Shown in pieces: positions 44,621 to 47,775 of a DNA stretch of 47,775 bases. Each line of letters starts with the position of its first letter. Position 1 is the first letter of the stretch. The position numbers were made by a program, and so were the translations under genes. Below the pieces are notes generated by a model. It saw only the letters and a program-made list of their open reading frames with translations, searched no databases and was not told the origin of the DNA. Source of the DNA: a phage; the sequence record PZ445409.1. The stretch is one strand, 5' to 3'.

Positions 44621-44793
44621 AAAGAGTAATTATCACCTTTATTGCCCTTATCGCTGGTTCCCACTTGGCATATGGGTATAGCGGCATTGTTGAGTCAATC
44701 GGCGGAATGATTATCTTCCTAGCTGGCGCATGTTACGGCTACGGCGATGGATTTAAAAACGGCAAGCGTTACATCCTGACCGGGAAGAAATAA
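44617..44793 (+). CDS. small membrane protein
   Basis: 58-aa ORF from ATG 44617 (ATGA overlap); two Gly-rich hydrophobic helices. Confidence 0.45.
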   Translation: MKRVIITFIALIAGSHLAYGYSGIVESIGGMIIFLAGACYGYGDGFKNGKRYILTGKK

Positions 44794-44835
44794 TGTTTAA
44801 TCGCGCCGCTTCGGTGGCGCTAAAAGGAGGAAAAA

Positions 44836-45123
44836 ATGGCTAAAAGCAATCGTAAGATGTTGATTAACGCATTCGAAAAGGCAGCGCTTGAGCGTGGCTG
44901 GAATGACTCATTTCACACGGCAAACTGTATCCGCCGTTACGGATTCAAGAGTTGTCGCTCATGGGCGCGAGAAATGGCTTCATGGTATGATCTTGATGCG
45001 CATTACCTTGATATGGATTGCGCCCTGGTTGAAATGATTGAGCAGGCAGCACTAGAGAATCGACCATTAACGCAATATGATTTTGACGATTTTGTGCGCG
45101 ATGAAATCTATTACATGAGCTAA
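44836..45123 (+). CDS. hypothetical protein
   Basis: 95-aa ORF with AAGGAGG RBS preceded by a UUCG-tetraloop hairpin (44803-44820). Confidence 0.5.
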   Translation: MAKSNRKMLINAFEKAALERGWNDSFHTANCIRRYGFKSCRSWAREMASWYDLDAHYLDMDCALVEMIEQAALENRPLTQYDFDDFVRDEIYYMS

Positions 45124-45166
45124 TAGCACTTTTTGTTAAAACTTCCGCAAGGGCATTTGGTAAAGT
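45124..45166 (+). promoter_or_regulatory. phage promoter unit (element + TAAAGT)
   Basis: TAGCACTTTTTGTTAAAAC directly after TAA stop; hexamer 45161-45166. Confidence 0.5.
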
Positions 45167-45198
45167 GCCCTTATTGAAGCGAAACAGAGGAAAGCGCA

Positions 45199-45411
45199 AT
45201 GAAAATTAAAATCACCAAAATCGACACCATCAACGGCGACGGATCAATCACTCTTGAGCAATGCGGTTTGGTTGTTGGTGATGTGCTGGAGGTTGACGGT
45301 CATTTCAGCGACGGATCTTATTGTGTTATTGCGCCGCGTAACAGCGAGTTTATCAAGGCTGGCGACAATATTAGTGTTAACCATGACGAATGCGAGGTAG
45401 TAGAAGAATGA
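45199..45411 (+). CDS. hypothetical small acidic protein
   Basis: 70-aa ORF, about 14 Asp/Glu vs 5 Lys/Arg; after promoter unit 45124-45166. Confidence 0.5.
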   Translation: MKIKITKIDTINGDGSITLEQCGLVVGDVLEVDGHFSDGSYCVIAPRNSEFIKAGDNISVNHDECEVVEE

Positions 45412-45671
45412 TCACGATTAACCTGTCAGAGCAGCAAGCGCGCGTTATGTTAGCGGCCTTTGGCTGGCGAGATGATGACGGCATCCAGGCAACTGTTAAA
45501 ATTCCTGAGACGGTAGCGCGTGAAGTTTTTAACCAGATTGAACACGCATTTGTTCCTGTTGGCACTGATCAGGCAGAAACAGCGGCTTGGTTCGGAGAGA
45601 ACGGATACAGAGATCAGCAAGTCGAAAACTGGAAGCGCATAAACGAGACTATGGAGGAATCAGGTTTATGA
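45408..45671 (+). CDS. hypothetical protein
   Basis: 87-aa ORF from ATG 45408 (ATGA overlap). Confidence 0.5.
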   Translation: MITINLSEQQARVMLAAFGWRDDDGIQATVKIPETVAREVFNQIEHAFVPVGTDQAETAAWFGENGYRDQQVENWKRINETMEESGL

Positions 45672-45982
45672 TTTACATTCACTACTACCAAATCGGAACT
45701 AACGAGAACAAAAAAGAGCATCGTTTCATCCACGATGATTTGGACAAGGCAAAGGCACAGCAACAGGTTTTAGGCGGCGTCATTCAGGCTTTTGAGCCTA
45801 TAGAAGATATTGAGTACCGCGAGCATTTAAAAGATGTTGTTATTGATGAGATCTCTTGCTTGATTGATGATATGACAAATCACGGCCCTGGTTCCACGTG
45901 GGAAGACGCAGGATCTGTAACGTGGGACAAGGCCAAAATTAAGACGCTAAACAACTTTCGAGAGATTCTCGACGGTTTTTAA
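45668..45982 (+). CDS. hypothetical protein
   Basis: 104-aa ORF from ATG 45668 (ATGA overlap). Confidence 0.5.
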   Translation: MIYIHYYQIGTNENKKEHRFIHDDLDKAKAQQQVLGGVIQAFEPIEDIEYREHLKDVVIDEISCLIDDMTNHGPGSTWEDAGSVTWDKAKIKTLNNFREILDGF

Positions 45983-46052
45983 TTAAAAACGCATAGCCGT
46001 TAGAGCGCCTCAATCGCATTCTAACGAGCTATTTTTCTGGTAAGGTGATTTA

Positions 46053-46181
46053 ATGGATGAGTACAAACAACCTTCGCAGTGGTGCAAAGAGAAGCAAGAA
46101 GAGGCGCTGGAGCGCGGAGATGTGGAAGAAGCTATGAACTATTTCAAACTTGCGGAAGAATGGAAGGGGAGAGGATACTGA
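46053..46181 (+). CDS. hypothetical small protein (42 aa, not in ORF track)
   Basis: ATG 46053 with AAGGTG RBS; stop TGA shares its A with next ATG. Confidence 0.35.
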   Translation: MDEYKQPSQWCKEKQEEALERGDVEEAMNYFKLAEEWKGRGY

Positions 46182-46411
46182 TGTTCGGCATGAATGAGGC
46201 GCAATTCAACGCAGCTAAACGCCAGGCTAAAAAGTGCGGCGAGGCGATGAAAGCTGATGTGGAAAAGCGCGGGAAGTATGTTGATGAAGTAATGAAGGGC
46301 ATCATTGCAGAACACTACCAGCCAATCGCGCCAATGTTGACGATCACTCAATTCATTTGGCTATGTGGTTACTTGCGTGGACGTTGGGGGAACGCTTTCG
46401 ACAGGGAATGA
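46181..46411 (+). CDS. hypothetical protein
   Basis: 76-aa ORF from ATG 46181 (in frame with track ORF 46079-46411). Confidence 0.45.
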   Translation: MFGMNEAQFNAAKRQAKKCGEAMKADVEKRGKYVDEVMKGIIAEHYQPIAPMLTITQFIWLCGYLRGRWGNAFDRE

Positions 46412-46440
46412 TTGACAACTCTTTCCTGATTGGTTAGCAT
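46412..46440 (+). promoter_or_regulatory. sigma70-like promoter (TTGACA-17-TAGCAT)
   Basis: -35 at 46412-46417, -10 at 46435-46440; followed by 130-nt structured leader. Confidence 0.5.
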
Positions 46441-46573
46441 GGCGTCGTTTACATAAGAGCGGCTTAGTCCGAACGCGTGACGCGATAGTCACACAACAAC
46501 GGCGATATGCAGGAGGTTTTTGCAATGCAAAATAATCCGTAAGACGTATCGCCTTTTTTAATGGAGATTCAAA

Positions 46574-46807
46574 ATGATCAAATACAAATTAACCGTTTCT
46601 TTCCGTGATACCGTTATTCATCCTTTCTACAATAGCTTTGTTAACAGCTTTACAGTAGAAGTTACAGAGGATCAGCTAGACGGTGACGAAACTTGCATTT
46701 CTATTGGAAATGTTGCTTACCCGATTCACAACATTACCAGCATTAAGCGTGAGGTTGTCGCTGATGAATTACAAAGTGAAGATGAAGATCCGGCGAATGG
46801 GGCGTAA
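46574..46807 (+). CDS. hypothetical acidic protein
   Basis: 77-aa ORF with GGAG RBS downstream of sigma70-like promoter and leader hairpin; acidic C-terminus. Confidence 0.5.
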   Translation: MIKYKLTVSFRDTVIHPFYNSFVNSFTVEVTEDQLDGDETCISIGNVAYPIHNITSIKREVVADELQSEDEDPANGA

Positions 46808-46949
46808 TTGCCAATCATGCAAACAGGAATATGAATGCGTAGTTGATGCTCTTGATGAACTGGAAGCAGTAGCAAAAGCAAAAGAGCAATCGGGCGCTAA
46901 TCCTGAAACACATCAATTTTCAATTAACCTTGTGAGGGCTTTACAATGA
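46764..46949 (+). CDS. hypothetical small protein (start uncertain)
   Basis: 61-aa ORF in frame with track ORF 46683-46949; GAGG RBS before ATG 46764; overlaps upstream gene; CxxC...C motif. Confidence 0.35.
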   Translation: MNYKVKMKIRRMGRNCQSCKQEYECVVDALDELEAVAKAKEQSGANPETHQFSINLVRALQ

Positions 46950-47170
46950 TCGCATTATCTTTCTGCATTGGTTTTATCATGGCTATCATTATCTTTTCCG
47001 TTGTCATGCGCTTTGCTTATAAGTTCGTTATTAATAAAGGCTGGTACGCTTCTGCAATCTGGAGCGAAAAACAAAAGAAATGGCTTGTACGTGGTCAATA
47101 CCTGATGATCGGAAGCAAGATCCTAAATTCCATTCGAGCCAAAGATGGAAAAGTAAAATATACAGCTTAA
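46946..47170 (+). CDS. small membrane protein
   Basis: 74-aa ORF, ATGA overlap; N-terminal hydrophobic helix; followed by terminator 47177-47199. Confidence 0.5.
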   Translation: MIALSFCIGFIMAIIIFSVVMRFAYKFVINKGWYASAIWSEKQKKWLVRGQYLMIGSKILNSIRAKDGKVKYTA

Positions 47171-47176
47171 AAATTA

Positions 47177-47199
47177 CCCGCCGCACGGCGGGTTTTTTA
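47177..47199 (+). terminator. intrinsic terminator before terS
   Basis: Hairpin cccgccgcacggcggg + TTTTTT. Confidence 0.65.
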
Positions 47200-47248
47200 T
47201 TGCCCGTTGTCTGGTATAATCAGGCATCTAACCAAAGGAGGATTAATA

Positions 47249-47775
47249 ATGGCTAAAAATGTTGAGCCTGCTGTAAAGGCATTAAATTTCAAAGAGTTAT
47301 ACAATAAAACTTATGGCGATATTGTCACGCTAAACAACCGCCACAAGTACACGCCGGAACAGGTTTTTGATATGGCGATCCGCTATTTCACTTGGGCCGA
47401 AGAGAATCACATCCAGGCGGCTGAAACTGCTTCCTTTCAGGGTGACGTGTACGAGAGCAGAGTTTACAAGCCTCGCGTTTTCACGGTAAACGGATTCAGC
47501 TTGTATCTCGGCGTTACTGAGGCGGCTGTAAGCAAGTGGCGTAAAGAGCCTGGATTCTGCGATGTGATGGAGTTTGTTGATAAAGTAATTTACGAGCAAA
47601 AATTCCAGCTTGCGGCAAATAACATGATTAACGCTGGATTTATCGGTAAAGAGATCGGAGTGGAGAAGCCAGCAACAGTGAGCGTTGAAGCGAGCGCGGC
47701 AGCTAATGCAAGCATTGACGCAGTAACTGCCGATGAGGTGAAAGAGGCTGTGATTGATATTCTGGAGCAACTTTA
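47249..47775 (+). CDS. terS: terminase small subunit (3-prime end completed by nt 1 of window)
   Basis: ATG 47249 with AAGGAGG RBS; open to window end (175 codons + TA); HTH-like FSLYLGVTEAAVSKWRK; final TA plus nt 1 gives TAA overlapping terL ATG. Confidence 0.7.
   Translation, partial: MAKNVEPAVKALNFKELYNKTYGDIVTLNNRHKYTPEQVFDMAIRYFTWAEENHIQAAETASFQGDVYESRVYKPRVFTVNGFSLYLGVTEAAVSKWRKEPGFCDVMEFVDKVIYEQKFQLAANNMINAGFIGKEIGVEKPATVSVEASAAANASIDAVTADEVKEAVIDILEQL

Overview
The window looks like an essentially complete, circularly permuted genome (47.8 kb) of a virulent T1-like siphovirus (Drexlerviridae-type gene order, enterobacterial host), rotated to start at the terL ATG and end 1 nt short of the terS stop. 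Family assignment and all protein calls rest on reading motifs and gene order by eye; no database search was run. Layout: 1-20.4 kb (+) terL, portal, head genes, major capsid, neck, major tail, G/GT chaperone with an A_AAA_AAC -1 frameshift site, tape measure, lambda-like M/L/K/I/J tail tip genes, then Cor lipoprotein (-). 21-34.5 kb: exonuclease/Erf/SSB recombination genes, an oppositely oriented side tail-fibre module, primase, XRE HTH protein, SF2 helicase, VRR-NUC, Dam methyltransferase, an HTH-metallophosphoesterase and a holin/SAR-endolysin/u-spanin lysis cassette. 34.5-41.1 kb (-) and 41.8-47.2 kb (+) are divergent operons of mostly small unknown ORFs, including a DUF3987-like ATPase, an HNH endonuclease coupled to a TRD-less C5-methyltransferase-like protein, a dNMP-kinase-like protein and a lipoprotein. 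No integrase, repressor/att, tRNA or CRISPR was seen. The strongest candidate for an undescribed system is a 12-copy promoter-like module (conserved 19-bp element, 18-bp GC-rich spacer, phased -10-like hexamer) that also occurs inverted next to the ribosome-binding sites of capsid, tail-chaperone, tail-fibre and XRE genes. Other leads: two paralogous AT-rich regulatory regions with 10-bp-phased GTAATCA repeats, the HNH/methyltransferase-like pair, and the HTH-metallophosphoesterase operon.
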